Positions 1 to 12,852 of a stretch of 64,000 nucleotides of DNA are shown here, piece after piece. Both the position numbers and the translations under genes were made by a program. The notes under the pieces were generated by a model. The model was not told where the DNA came from. It made no database searches and saw only the letters and a program-made list of their open reading frames with translations. The stretch's first letter is position 1; each line of letters starts with the position of its first letter. The DNA comes from Perna viridis (Eukaryota), in NCBI GenBank assembly GCA_037379345.1, contig CM074511.1:49296862-49360861 (forward strand), written 5' to 3'.

Positions 1-270
1 ATTTTGGTATGGAGTACTGTGGAACAATATCTTAGACATTATTATCCTTTTATTGGTGTTATGTACTTAAATTCCATGAAATGCTTGTTTTAGGCCCCTT
101 TTTGACCCTTAATTCTACAAATATTGAGGCCATTCCCCGAAAAATCAATACTAACCTTCCTTTTGTGGTATGGAATATTGTTCTAAAATTTTATAAAGAT
201 CAACCAAATAATACTTAAGTTATCATATGAAAACCAAGAGTCTAAGGACGACCTATCATAATTAGCAATT
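1..270. mobile_element. Degraded HINE/Helentron-type non-autonomous repeat, truncated by the window edge
   Basis: Shares blocks with 16220-16872: 'tgtggaacaatatc', 'ggcccc..ttttg', 'aaaatcaat..caaccttccttt(t)gtggt' and 'ggacgac' near the right end. Family assignment is from recall of bivalve repeats. Confidence 0.55.
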
Positions 271-3200
271 TGTAAAATGACATATTTTCGAAAATTGCAC
301 TATTTTCTGTAATTTATTAAAGAGCTTATCAAGTTTTTTTTTTCATTATTGTTAAATTCTAAAATACCCTACTTTTTTATACAGCAGTTGAAATGCTCAT
401 ATTTAGGTCAAGCATGCCAGGACTGACTTGACCTCAGTTATTGCAGCAGGTATTATTTAGTTAAATTGTAGTCAGCATCAGAACAACACTGAAAATGCCT
501 TAAAACTAAGGTTTTATACCTCTTTTATGTATTTATTGACAGTATAGAGATCTTGGTATCAAAATGATTGGAAATAAAATGGTACAGGAATAATCTTAAC
601 TGCTACGGGGGATGTGTAATAAACCTGACCAGTAATAACCCTAAAACCATCAATCGACAATCCTCAGATTAACAGGGTCAAGCAAACAATCATTCATGCC
701 CACCTCTGTCATATCACATGCCTTCAATGAAATGACCACTAATTCAACACCACAGGGAACTTTATCAAACAATTTCCTGTTTCATTCAATGTAAAGATGC
801 AAGGTGAATGCTGGACGCCATAGTGTCATCAATTATGAAGTCGGCCTGTACTCACAAGACAAGGTTAACATGATCAAGACTTTCCCATGTCATTCTAGGA
901 ATGACCATCAAATTACCCTACATGCAATATCTAATTTGTCAAATTTCAAATCTAAGATTTCAAGGACGACATGTAAACTAAATTAAACAGGGAAAAGATT
1001 GCACCAAAAGTCACAGCCATAGCTGAGGATAGGGTTTGACAAGAACTTTTCAAAGCTTGGCTCCCAGTGGAATAGGAATCAGACGGCATTAGCTAGAGTT
1101 GGGATAAAATCCCTGAAAATCTCCAATATCTTAATTAAATATCACTAGCAGCATAAAGGTTTAGGTTCTTAATAGTACACCAAGACATGCCATCAGACCT
1201 GGAAAAGTCATTTATTTATAAAAATCCATCATCCCCAAGTCTTAAATAAGCCAGATCCACAAATTCCATTTATTTATTTATCCTGAGTTAGCTCTAATGC
1301 CTGACCTTGCCTTCAACCTGAAAAACCATCAGGAAACTAGAATAATTGCTTCTTCAGAGAGCGAGCCCCAATAAAAGCTGAAGCAAATCATAACCTATAA
1401 CTGTATCATGCTCACAGCATATTAAATAGGATGGATAAGAGAAGACTGTTATTGGAGAAACAATAAACTCAAAGCCACTTTCTATATTTACAACATGCAC
1501 TAACTGGAGACAAAACATGCAAAATATTTAAGTTTAATGGTAAAAGGAATTTTGTATCTCCCATTCCATTTATCATATATTTTTGGTTTGATATTGATTT
1601 TTTGATTTAGTCAATAAAGAATATCATTACATCATCCTAATGTACTTTAATATATCCGATTGAGGTTATGTATGCAGTTCATATATAAACATTTTGTAAG
1701 TTCATGTACCATGCTTGATGTAAACAAATTATTAATATTTATTATCTACACACAGTGTCCAATCCTGATAATTCAGTGATTAAGTAGTTTACATGAACTT
1801 AAATATAATATTCAAATTTTCAATTGAGTGTATTAGCTTAGAGTCATTTAAAAAAACAAACAAATTGTTTTTTAAGTGATGGAATAATTTAATCTTTTCC
1901 AATTTAATGATTATTTAGACTTATCATTGACTGCCAATATTTCACACTTATGGTTATGACATAATCGTAAATTTGTCACCAAGGTTGGCAGTCTAATCAA
2001 GGACTAATGCATTGGCCAACCTGTCAACAACTACCTGAACATAAATTGATTGACAGTTCAGGTGAGAAAATGCAATTAGCCTTTCATCATGTTATTGACA
2101 TGGGAAATAAAAGGTTACCATTTGTAATATTTGGTGCTAATGTGTTAACTCTGTAAGGACCTTCCCAGAAAGTTAGATTATTTAACTGAGAAAAAAAATT
2201 GGACAGGCTACTGAAATGAACTGCATCAAAATTTAAAGAAATGCAAAGAATGAGGTTAAAATTATTTTAAAAAATGCCTCTGGAGAAAGACAAATAGAAT
2301 ATCCACTCTTTCATCAAATACATGTATAACCATATTGATATAAAGGTATTGGAACTAAATACGGTTAGGGGACAATTGTCCTCACTCGATTCAAACACAA
2401 TCAGAATTTTACAGTGGGACTAAAAAAATTATTGATTTAAAAACCTCGGGTTCTGAGGTTGAAATTCCATGACAAAAATTCCAAAATGTTGAAATTTGAG
2501 TTTTATGATTTATTGCATGTAATATAAAAAATTAATAGGATGCTAATATAGAAATGATTTAATGTTTCTAATGTAGAACTTTAATTTTATTTTATTTGTA
2601 TTTTTCCTAATGTTTATCGTAAATGTATTACTTAAATTAGATTATCCTTACATAGTGTATTGAAACTGGAAGGTACCACAGAATAGATAAAAATAATAGA
2701 TATTGTTATATGTGTGATTTGAATATAACAGAGAATGAATTTCATTTCATTTCGCAATGTTAACGTTATAAAGAGTTACCTAGAAAATATATAAAAAAAG
2801 GTTTTATTGGTGTAAGCCATCTGCATTCAAACTTGTCTGGTTACTTTCTGTCTAGAATGTAAAAGATCTTTATAACTTGGGGAAAAAATTATATAAGGCA
2901 TTCAATATTAGAAATATATTGTAACTCAATAATTTCAGACCTATCATGATTTATGATTTACATTTCAAAGCGTATCTTACTGCTGTAACCTATATAACAA
3001 TGAACTGTGTTAGTTTAAGGTAATAAAGAATTGAACATTTTATTTACGTGGTTTTGTGGACATTGGGAATTTTTTTGTACTTAAATGTCTCGGCAGTAAT
3101 TCAGTAAAACATTCCAAATATTGTAAAAATTGCCAAAAACAAAAAACAAAAGAAATAAAAGCAATAACTTGTTTAAATTACAACTTGATTGTTTTGGGAA

Positions 3201-4383
3201 TCTTTTTTTTACCGAGATAGTGTTTTCAGTATACAGTTTTATAATCACTCTTTATGGAGAGTTTTATGCTTTATATTACAGGCGATGATTCTAAAAATGC
3301 ATGCATGAGTATTCCAATATTTTAAGTTGACAAAAGCAAACTCAAGCACTTCATTTTGAAATAAATATTAGATAATGCAAAAAGATACAGATCTTTACAA
3401 AATCAGACTGATTTAAGCCATTACCCATGCATGTTCAGCAAACTGAGATAAAGCAATTAAATTTATAAACCTTCACATTGATAGTATCAAGATTCCAAAT
3501 TATTCAAAATCAACTCCTGATTTTACTGCCATGTTTCAATTAAACTAAAAATAAAACTGCCACATCTTTATTTTCAACCAATCAGTAAACACAATATAAA
3601 TATCACACCTTATTAAAATTCACCAGATTCCAATTAGAATCATCAATACTAATTAACATGTTTATTACATAAAACAGGGATGGCTCAGTGGCCTGCCAAT
3701 CAAATGTCAGATAAGGAGTTGAAATTTACAAGAATTGTCAATATCTTTACTAATCAGCTGATCCATTTACATGTAACACACAACTTGCCAATGTCAAATA
3801 TCAGTCTGAATATACAACCAACAGATATGTCAATAAATTAATTAATCAACCAACTATATCTGTTATGTGACAATTATGTATTCATTAATCTGTGGTAATA
3901 AGTGGTTAATGCTTAAATAAATGACCCAAGGCTATGGATAAACTCTATCATGGGGAAGTCTAAGTGGCTTTGAGGTCAACCATACTAGCTACACAAATTT
4001 TTTTTGAATTTTTATAAAATTCCCCCCTTTTTTTTGGGAAAAATGTTCTCATAATAGAAATCCTATGTTTCTGCCTGAAGAATGTATGAAAGTACAAACT
4101 GTTAAGCCAAAAAGTTTAAAAAATGGAAACAAATCCAATCAAAATTGTCAGGATAAGGGCAATAACCTAATGATGAATCTTATGGTGAACACAAAAAAGG
4201 AATACTGGTAATGATATAGATACCCAAATTATATCATGCTCAGATATACATACATACAGAAGCCAGTGGGTTAGGGAAGTTATCATTCATATCTACAGTT
4301 TTTCAATGATACTGGTACATGTTTTTTTTTAATCATTGTTTTTTAATCATTTCTTTAGGTGAGTAAGACAAAATAATGCTTAC

Positions 4384-4967
4384 TAAAGGCATTCCTGAAT
4401 TACCCAAGGATCTACCAGCTGAAACACTTTCTGCCATAAGTTAGAGGCACTCCTGACCTACCCAAAGATCTATCAGCTGAAACACTTTCTGCCGTAAGTT
4501 AGAGCCACTCCTGACCTACCCATAGATCTACAAGCTGAAACTCTTTCTACCATTAGTTAAAGGCACTTCTGACCTACCCACTGACCTACCATCTGAAACA
4601 CCTTCTGGCATTAGTTAAAGGCACTCCTGACCTACCCAAGGATCTACCAGCTGAAACACTTTCTACCATTAGTTAAAGGCACTCCTGACCTACCCAAGGA
4701 TCTACCAGCTGAAACATTTTCTACCATTAGTTAAAGGCACTCCTGACCTACCCAAGGATCTGCCAGCTGAAACACTTTCTGCCATAAGTTAGAGGCACTC
4801 CTGACCTACCCAAAGATCTACAAGCTGAAACACTTTCTGCCATTAGTTAAAGGCACTTCTGACCTACCCAAAGACTACCAGCTGAAACACTTTCTGGCAT
4901 TAGTTAAAGGCACTTCTGACCTACCCAAGAACCTACCAGCTGAAACACTTTCTGGCATTTGTTAAAG
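4384..4967. repeat. 58-bp minisatellite, ~10 copies
   Basis: Unit ggcactcctgacctacccaaggatctaccagctgaaacactttctgccattagttaaa starts at 4388, 4446, 4504, 4562, 4620, 4678, 4736, 4794, 4852 and 4909. Confidence 0.97.
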
Positions 4968-7366
4968 AAATAAAACACAACAATCTGACTCTCGTTTCCT
5001 GTTCATGATTCGATGGGTTTTATATAATATAACCAGACTTTCCCATCAAAATATTCTCATCACATGGCAACGCTTCCAATACACAATACATATCCCTTAA
5101 TACACATCCCTTAAACATCTGTCACCCTAACTTACTCTAACTGAAGAAAAACAGGTCTCTAAGGACAAGTTTGATAAAAGAACAAACAGCCAGATGATTA
5201 AAAACTACTGATAAAACAAGAGAAATTGATGAGCTGTTTCAATGAAAGACACTTCAAGCAGTGATATCTCAGAATTGAAGTTTTTTCCATTCAAAATCAA
5301 ACCTTGACCTTTCAAAATGAAACTTACAACTATTAAAATTTAAAGTTGATATGGAATAGGAAAGGGTAAAACCATGTCACAGAACCTACAACTAGTAATT
5401 GAATTGTAGATGAACCAGACATGTATGGAAAAGTCATTTATCACTCTGAAGTTTTGCATTTCATTAAGGTTGCAAATCATTCTTTAGACTAGTGCCAATC
5501 ACTTGAAACCATTAAACCTGTATCCCTCTAGATGCCTTATCTAATGCAGTAACAAGTTTTTATGCTAACTGTTTAATAACTTCCATGTCATTAGTCAACA
5601 TGACAAAACTGCAGATATTTCATTACTTTTTTGCAAGAAAAAATCATGTAAGTATTGACTTTGGGCAGTAAATAGTACAAGACATCATTTCTATGAGGCT
5701 ATACAGACATGGAAGAGAAGGGTAATATACTTGGATATTTCATCACGTTTTTGCTAATTTTTCATGCTAGATGTACTTGAGTACAAGTATCAGGACTTCC
5801 TAGTCAGTGGGTATATTTGAGTCACAATTGGGCAAATTAGAAATTCTTCTAAAAAAAAGCTAAGGTTCATTTTATTTAAATATGCAGTTTTTGCAAAAAT
5901 GTTATAAGTATAATAACATATAAAAAAGACAAGGTGAAAAGATGGGTAAATGTCCTGTGTCTTTATAGACCATAAAATGTTTCAGATCTACAGCATTGGT
6001 CCCTATAAACATCTATGTGTTATGACCATTATATGAACCCCCACACATCATTAGCCACAATCCTGACAAGACCAGACCCCATGGTAATGAGATGACTGCC
6101 CATATAACTGTCAAGTAGGACTATTCCATGCCAAATCAATCTGCCCACCATACATTATTAGATTAATTATGTATGGTGTGCTGAAGTCAGACCCTGGTAT
6201 TCCACACCTGTCACAGGGACTATCTATAAAATTTTTGTACCAATCAATATAACATCTAATCATCAATAATTAGCAAGGCATGGGATTTAGTCTTCACAAG
6301 GTTAAGGACATTTATGCAGCTGTTTCTGTACACCTGAAAGGCACTACCACACACAGTAATATTAGCTATGTATGCGTAGTAACAGACAATTCTGTTGCCT
6401 GTACCTGGTCAAAATAAGATGAATTCATTCAAGCTGTACCTGTCAACATTTGATTTTTGTTGCCACCTATCATCATGCAATCCTTGTCATATAAAAAGCA
6501 TATATAATATGTAAAGCAACATGCTTGTGATGAAAAAAGTAAACATACAATATGCAAGGCTAGAAGAATCTATCAACAGTCAGACACCTTTACAGCTGGT
6601 GTGCTTTTGTATTGTTAATTATTGAGAACCGTTCCAAACTCATACCCATAGTCTTTACCTGGACAAGGGCAGATAAAATTGCTTACAGCATGTTTTAAGA
6701 GCCTCATCCCAGTTCCATCAATGACAGAATACAGGAATAAACAGCTGTGCAATGAGTGCATAATACAACAGAACCTATGATAGAAGGAAATGGAGTTTTT
6801 TTTTTAAACATTACAAATCATATGTTATGATGAAGTTTACCCTTACAATACAGGGATTTTTGTATCATACAAGACTTCTTAATAAATGAGATGGTTGAGT
6901 AGCAATACTGGAAATTTTGTTCTCAAGTTACAGTGTAACGTGAAAAAAACTGTACGTAAAGTATGAAAAAGTCCCATTACATAAAATCTAAAAACCTGAT
7001 TTTCTCAAAAAAGTATACAGACAATTAGACTATCATAACAAACAATTTTGTACAGTTTAGAGTTAATTGAAGAAGTGGTTCTCAAGATATGGTGTAACAT
7101 GTTAACATGGACCGACATTTGCGTAAATGACCCATCTTTTTTTAACTTCCTGAGTGCCTAGGCATTAGAAAAATTCATTTGACAAATATGCCACCAAACC
7201 CCTACTCATAGTGGTGTAGGTGCTGAATGTGAACCCCAAAGCCTAAAACACAGTAGTATAACATATCTGGCTGAAGCTTAATGCCAAATTTCAAATTATT
7301 CTGATGAACTGTCCCCAAATTTTAACTGATGGAAATTTAACAGCAAGATGTAAACAGCAATAAAAC

Positions 7367-7769
7367 TTAAGTAGCACTCCAGCTAAGAATCATGCAGAAT
7401 GTGATACATGGTTGGAAAGCTTAAATGTTTTTATTTTTGATATCTTGTTTAAAATGCTCTAGTAAACAGAAATTAACATTTGGTTTTTCATATAACCCGT
7501 GCTCAAAAGAGATAACAATTGTATAGAATGCACGGTAGAATTCAAAAGTAAGGAAGATAACTCTTTAAATGACACTCAAATACAAAAGAATCTACTGGAT
7601 TTTCAATGTTGATTATCCCCTTAGAGCAGGCAGATTTGAATGAATAATTACACACTTCGTAATATAACCCACAAAACAACTTAATTACAAAAATAAAAAT
7701 ATGTAGTCTTTTTTGGGGTGTATCACATTTTTCAGATTTTGCATGATTCTTACAAAGACAGCTACTTAA
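7367..7769 (+). mobile_element. 395-bp TTAA-bounded non-autonomous DNA element, family A copy 1 (Crypton- or Kolobok-like)
   Basis: TTAA (7367-70) GTAGC ... GCTAC TTAA (7766-69). Subterminal inverted repeat taagaatcatgca/tgcatgattctta. Colinear copies at 34222-34625, 37109-37511 and, inverted, 27777-28140. Confidence 0.9.
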
Positions 7770-7859
7770 TGCCTCAAATTCATTAAGATAGAATGATCAA
7801 ACCATTTTATACTGTAGTGTCACTAAACTGTGTGAAGCTTTCAAGAGATGTCATCAGAG

Positions 7860-8069
7860 TACTGTGAAGGTACTTTTATTCATAGGTACCAATTTTCATG
7901 GTTTAGGGAAAAAAAGTCAGTTCGTGGATTCTTGAATTTGTGGATTGAAGACTCTATCACACAGACAAATGGAAAATTTCCTCTTCGTTGGGTTTCAATT
8001 TTCATGGTTTACCAGACCCATGAAAACCACAAAAATTGGTACCCCACGAACAATAATACTTTCACAGTA
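7860..8069. mobile_element. ~210-bp MITE with TA ends (Tc1/mariner-type)
   Basis: Termini TACTGTGAA...TTCACAGTA. The imperfect TIR extends ~45 bp (ggtaccaattttcatggttt vs aaaccacaaaaattggtacc). No coding capacity. Confidence 0.8.
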
Positions 8070-8330
8070 ACTTTTAGTTAAGGAAGTATTAGGAACCTTA
8101 GTTCAACAGCCGGTAGTAGAATGACCCATTTCCATACAAACTCTCATTTTCGGCTTGAAGCGATCCTGTGAATAACACAGGTAGTGATACAAGAACTCTT
8201 CAAAATAGATAAGTTTAAAAAAACCCTAAATGCAAAAATATCCTGATATAAACATAAAGAACATAAACTGAAATGGGAAACCATGAAAAAGAAAATGGAA
8301 GACAAGTACAATTCAGTTTAAAGTGGGTAC

Positions 8331-8452
8331 TATGGCAAGCCAAAGTGGACAAAAATCAACATTTTGTAATATTAGAAAATGAATTTGTAATATTAAACAA
8401 TCATTTTTTAATATTAGAAAATGCTCATTTTTGTCCACTTTGGCTTGCCATA
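8331..8452. mobile_element. 122-bp palindromic MITE, IS3EU-like
   Basis: Perfect 26-bp TIR tatggcaagccaaagtggacaaaaat / atttttgtccactttggcttgccata. Flanks gggtac / ggatac form a 6-bp TSD with one mismatch. Internal ~21-bp taatatta subrepeats. Confidence 0.8.
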
Positions 8453-11400
8453 GGATACTGTAATATAATGATACATTGATGAACTGTGGACAGGCACAGT
8501 ATTACAATTAGCAATTCATAGTGTTCCCTACTACCACATCCCCAATAAAAATCAAGTTCAAAAACTCTTTCAAATACCATTTGACCATACCGTAATAATG
8601 AAGGCGAGTTTTTGAACTTTGACTGCATGTTACTCAACTCAGGTAGTTAAAGACTTAATATTAAATTAGTACATTAAAGGAGTTCCAAATATGGCCTGAA
8701 CTGAACATTCAATCAAAATTACAAGTTCAAAGGCCACAACTCAGCTCAAGTTCATTCCACTAGAACAAAACAAACTAGATATAGGTATATTAGAGTTCTG
8801 GAAAAATGAAGGACAATCAACATGACAAAGGGTGAACAAACAGCAGACAGATCCTAAAAGATATCCCCCTTTGGCTTTGACAATGTCTGACTGACAGCCA
8901 TTCTTAATACAAATGCAAGTTTTATTGCATGCTAAATTCAGCTCCCATTATGCATTGATGTGAAAAATATTGCTAAACTTCATTTATACATAGCAGGCAA
9001 AAGGTGATTTCCCACTTATATCAGTTATAAGTCAAAAATAATCATCAAGCTCTTCTCACATTATAAGGGTAAGACAGAAACATCAAGATATTGTAAATAA
9101 AAACATAATAGTTAACAAAAAAATCAGAGTAATATCATCTACCAATCAACCAATATTAGTGATTAAATTGACCTCCACATTAAAAATAAAATGTTTCACA
9201 CAGTATTCAGTATGTTTGAAGTGAACAGTACAAATGACATTTCAGCACCTTACAATTTAGTAGAGGTATATTTAGCAATATGAGAAGTGTGATAGAAACC
9301 TTAAACAGTGTTAAAAACAACCAGTAACAAAACAATAATTAATTTCTCAACCTTGGTATGCATTTCCATACCCAGTATTAAAGATATTCGCTTGTCATAT
9401 TCACACATTTCTGTCAGATTTTCAGACTCCTCTGGTTTTATCCACTTAATAGCATTAATACCTTTTGTCCATTGACCCCCACTTTTCTTTCCATAACTTC
9501 ATTAGACACACCTTAAAATGTTATTTGGCAAGTTTTTATGAAATTCTTGTTATTTCTTCAGTATTTTTAATACATAAAATCTACTAAGACAAATCCTATG
9601 GAAAATCGAAAAAAAACCGTTTCACGCCAAAATTTTTCAAATGCTTATATCTAAAAAACCAGCACACTGACCAATCTATTTCTACTTCTAATATTGTACT
9701 AGCATGAAAGACCTTCACAACTATCTGAAATCCTCCTTATTTTCAAACAGAGCATCCAACATCCTTAAGATTTCTTCCTGGAGACATCTTAGTCCCCATC
9801 AATAATCATGACTAATTTTGAAATTGGTCAACTTATTAGAGAAATCCCTCACCACTTGCATCAAGATAATGCACGGAAATTGTTGGCTATCAAAAAGACC
9901 ATGTCACTCTTTGACAAGCTGGCTCTGAGGTGATACTTAAATCATTAATTAAAATAATTAAAGAAAACAGTTTCCTTGATCCAATAGTTATACTGATGGT
10001 GTATTGCATTTTATTGATAAGAAATCCTCTATATTGATAGGCTGTGTTGACAGTGAAAAATGGACATGGATTTTCCACTGATCCCTGGGGATGTTGTCAG
10101 GAATAAACAATATAACATTCAACTCATTAAATCTCTTCTTATAACATGAAGTTATTGGGTCCCACTAGAGCATGCAATTTTTTCATTTCACATCTGTTCT
10201 TGGAATTAGATAACTCTGAGAAATAGAGGAAAGTGAAATTAATGACACATACAATTCAATAACTGAATCTGGCTAAAAAAAGTTAGAATTAACTTGATAA
10301 ATTTGAAGAGTGAAGTGAACTATCACTTGACCAAGGTCTTCAATATCTAAGGCATTACATCAGAAACAAGATGCACATATATATTTTGTAAGAAATTTTC
10401 AAAAAGCAAAAATGGTGAATTATAGCAATTTTAGACATCAAACATAATTTATGAAATTCAACATTTTTTAAGTTATAACCTAAGCTGAATCTCCAGCGGT
10501 CTTTAACCTTTATCTTGACCTAAGTTAAAGGTTGACCTTGATTTTGGAACTTTCATTATCTTCCTTTTACCCTCACTATACATTTAAAACAGAAACTGCT
10601 TTGCTTATGAACAATTCTATAAACATGATATAAACTCATGTACTATAAATCATAATTTCAAAGATTTAGCCTATGGTTTTATATTAATTTTAAAGGCCAT
10701 CAATATAGAAAAAAAAACTGGAGGTCTGATCGTGTTTAGAACCAGGGCCCATTAATGTACATGTCAGGTCTAATTAGTGCACAGCTGTGGAAACTGAAGG
10801 AAGCCTTGGGCAGATTACTGCTGAAATTCTAGAAGATGCCTATAATTGCAGACATTATTCTTCTGATTATGTTGTCACCATGGTAACTATTGTTCATGTC
10901 ACAAGCCAATTTCCTCCCCTTTCCATTTGGTCTGATTGTGTTACACTCGTCTTATAAAAAAGGATTATTATTAACTTTCAAATTAAAAAAAAATATCCTC
11001 GTTTTTCTGATAAAAGTGACTCATCTTGTTAAGCCATCGTTGAAGAGCGGGATACACAGTTTTAAGGATGACAAATGTTAATATTATGGAAATTACTAAT
11101 TATCTTGACATTTTCAATATCAGTTTACGGAATGAAAAATAAACGATTGATTTTTTTATGTGAAATAGAAGATACTTTTAGCTAGATAGTCAGGGTTTAC
11201 GAGCTTCCATTGTAGAGGAAGCTGACATAACGGGTAATCATCCAGTGTGAAAATCCTCATTTGGCTAAAATAAGTACCGAAATATCATCCTATATGATCA
11301 AAGTAATATTGATCAATGGGTAAATTAATGGCACGCGATGAGATGCAATAGTTCATACAATCATTTAAAACCTTTTTTGGTGTCACCTCACTTGAGATCA

Positions 11401-12314
11401 ACATAAGATAACGGACATCTGTCTATATATTAAAATAATACTCTGATCTATAGAATGAGGAATTTACTATCAGAGTCACATCTGCTTCAGTCCCTTCTGT
11501 AAACATATGAAATAAGAATACTATCACAGCAGGTTTTACCTTCTGTTGCCATAAAAAAGCAATTTATCTACTGCTCAAATGCACAAATAATAACCTATCT
11601 AAATCTATATGTGTAACACTTGACAAAATTAATAATAATAAAAATGTAAAAACTTGAAAACTTAAATTACAAACTTTTCTATGAAATCCATGTCACATGC
11701 TGAACAGACTGTTTCAGTTTGATACATGTAACATGCTTAAGATTGTATTATGATTATCAACAAAAGTCTTGGGTGTTCATGACAAGTATAACATGTATTC
11801 TTAGAGTGTTGGCCTAAGTTTCCTTCAACATATTTTCCCCACTCATTGCCCTGATTTTGCTACAAAAGCTAGAAATACATTAATAAAAATAAAAATAAAT
11901 AAAACACCAATGATTTCTTAAGAAGTTAAGGCTTTTCTCTGAATCAGAATGAAATCAGTCCAAGTCACTTTGATGCTTACACGAGATTGATGTAAAATAA
12001 TGAATACAAACGTTTCAATGATTTCTAAGAGTTGTGTACCTTACCCTAGGTCTACCTCCTTAAATAAATATTTTCCGAATGGAAAATGACAAGCAACAGA
12101 ATCAAGTCTTAATGTGGAATAAATGTATTTTTCTATATACCACATATATATACATGAAGTGTTAATTTATACATTCATTACTATATAGAAGTACATACAT
12201 GAAGTTTGTATTCATAGGCATTATTAGCTCATATTATGTTCAATATTTTAATAAATTGCTCTTTTCATTAAGAATGGCAAATAACAAGAAAAGTTATTAA
12301 GTACCATCCATGTG

Positions 12315-12852
12315 AAAGAGTAATCAAGGGAACCAAAGTTCTAGCAGTGATCAAAAGAATGTAATCCAGGGATAAAGACCAGACATGGAAAACAGACATA
12401 CACAAGAAAGAATATAAAGTAACTAAAATCATACATACAAAGTAACAAAGCAAAAGAGCAACTCGAACTCCACTAAAAACTGGGAGCATGAACCAGGTGC
12501 ACCGGTAGGGTAAGCGTCTTCTGCTTTTCTTGAAACACCTGCCGAGTTGCTCATAAAAAGTCAAGTCTGGGGTAGACGAAAGAGGAAAGGAAAACTATGA
12601 CAAGTTGAACAAATCAGTTTTTAATGGCGCAGATGGATATACTGTAATGATCCACGAGTTTCATGATGACGACCTTAAAACTTCTGTAGTGATGACTTCA
12701 ATCTTGTAGCAACATAACCCTGTTCCAGAAGCCTATTTGTTAGAATTCTAGCATGTAGATTCAGCAAGCTCTGGCATGACATGAGTTGTGATATGAATAC
12801 TCCATACGCAGGTGCTGAAGGGATGTTGCCACAGATGATAGTAAAGTTTGTG
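12315..12852 (-). mobile_element. Penelope-like (Naiad-type) retroelement 3' fragment: RT C-terminus plus 3' UTR, frameshifted
   Basis: Minus-strand translation gives GNIPSAPAYGVFISQL...ARILTNRLLEQGYVATRLKSSLQKF, which resembles the PLE RT thumb/C-terminal region. It is highly similar to the forward copy at 24321-24720. Confidence 0.8.

Noticed and set aside
4384-4967. Regularly spaced repeats as a CRISPR array (also 17181-17467, 29641-29927, 59419-59789)
   Set aside because: The units are head-to-tail with no unique spacers, there are no cas genes, and the context is eukaryotic.
12490-12520. Resemblance of CCAGGTGCACCGGTAGGGTAAGC to the SRP RNA helix-8 motif
   Set aside because: The loop is not GNRA, spacing differs, the rest of SRP RNA is absent, and it is antisense within the Penelope-like UTR.
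12268-12564. 98-aa hydrophobic ORF
   Set aside because: It is a translation of the T-rich 3' UTR of the Penelope-like fragment.
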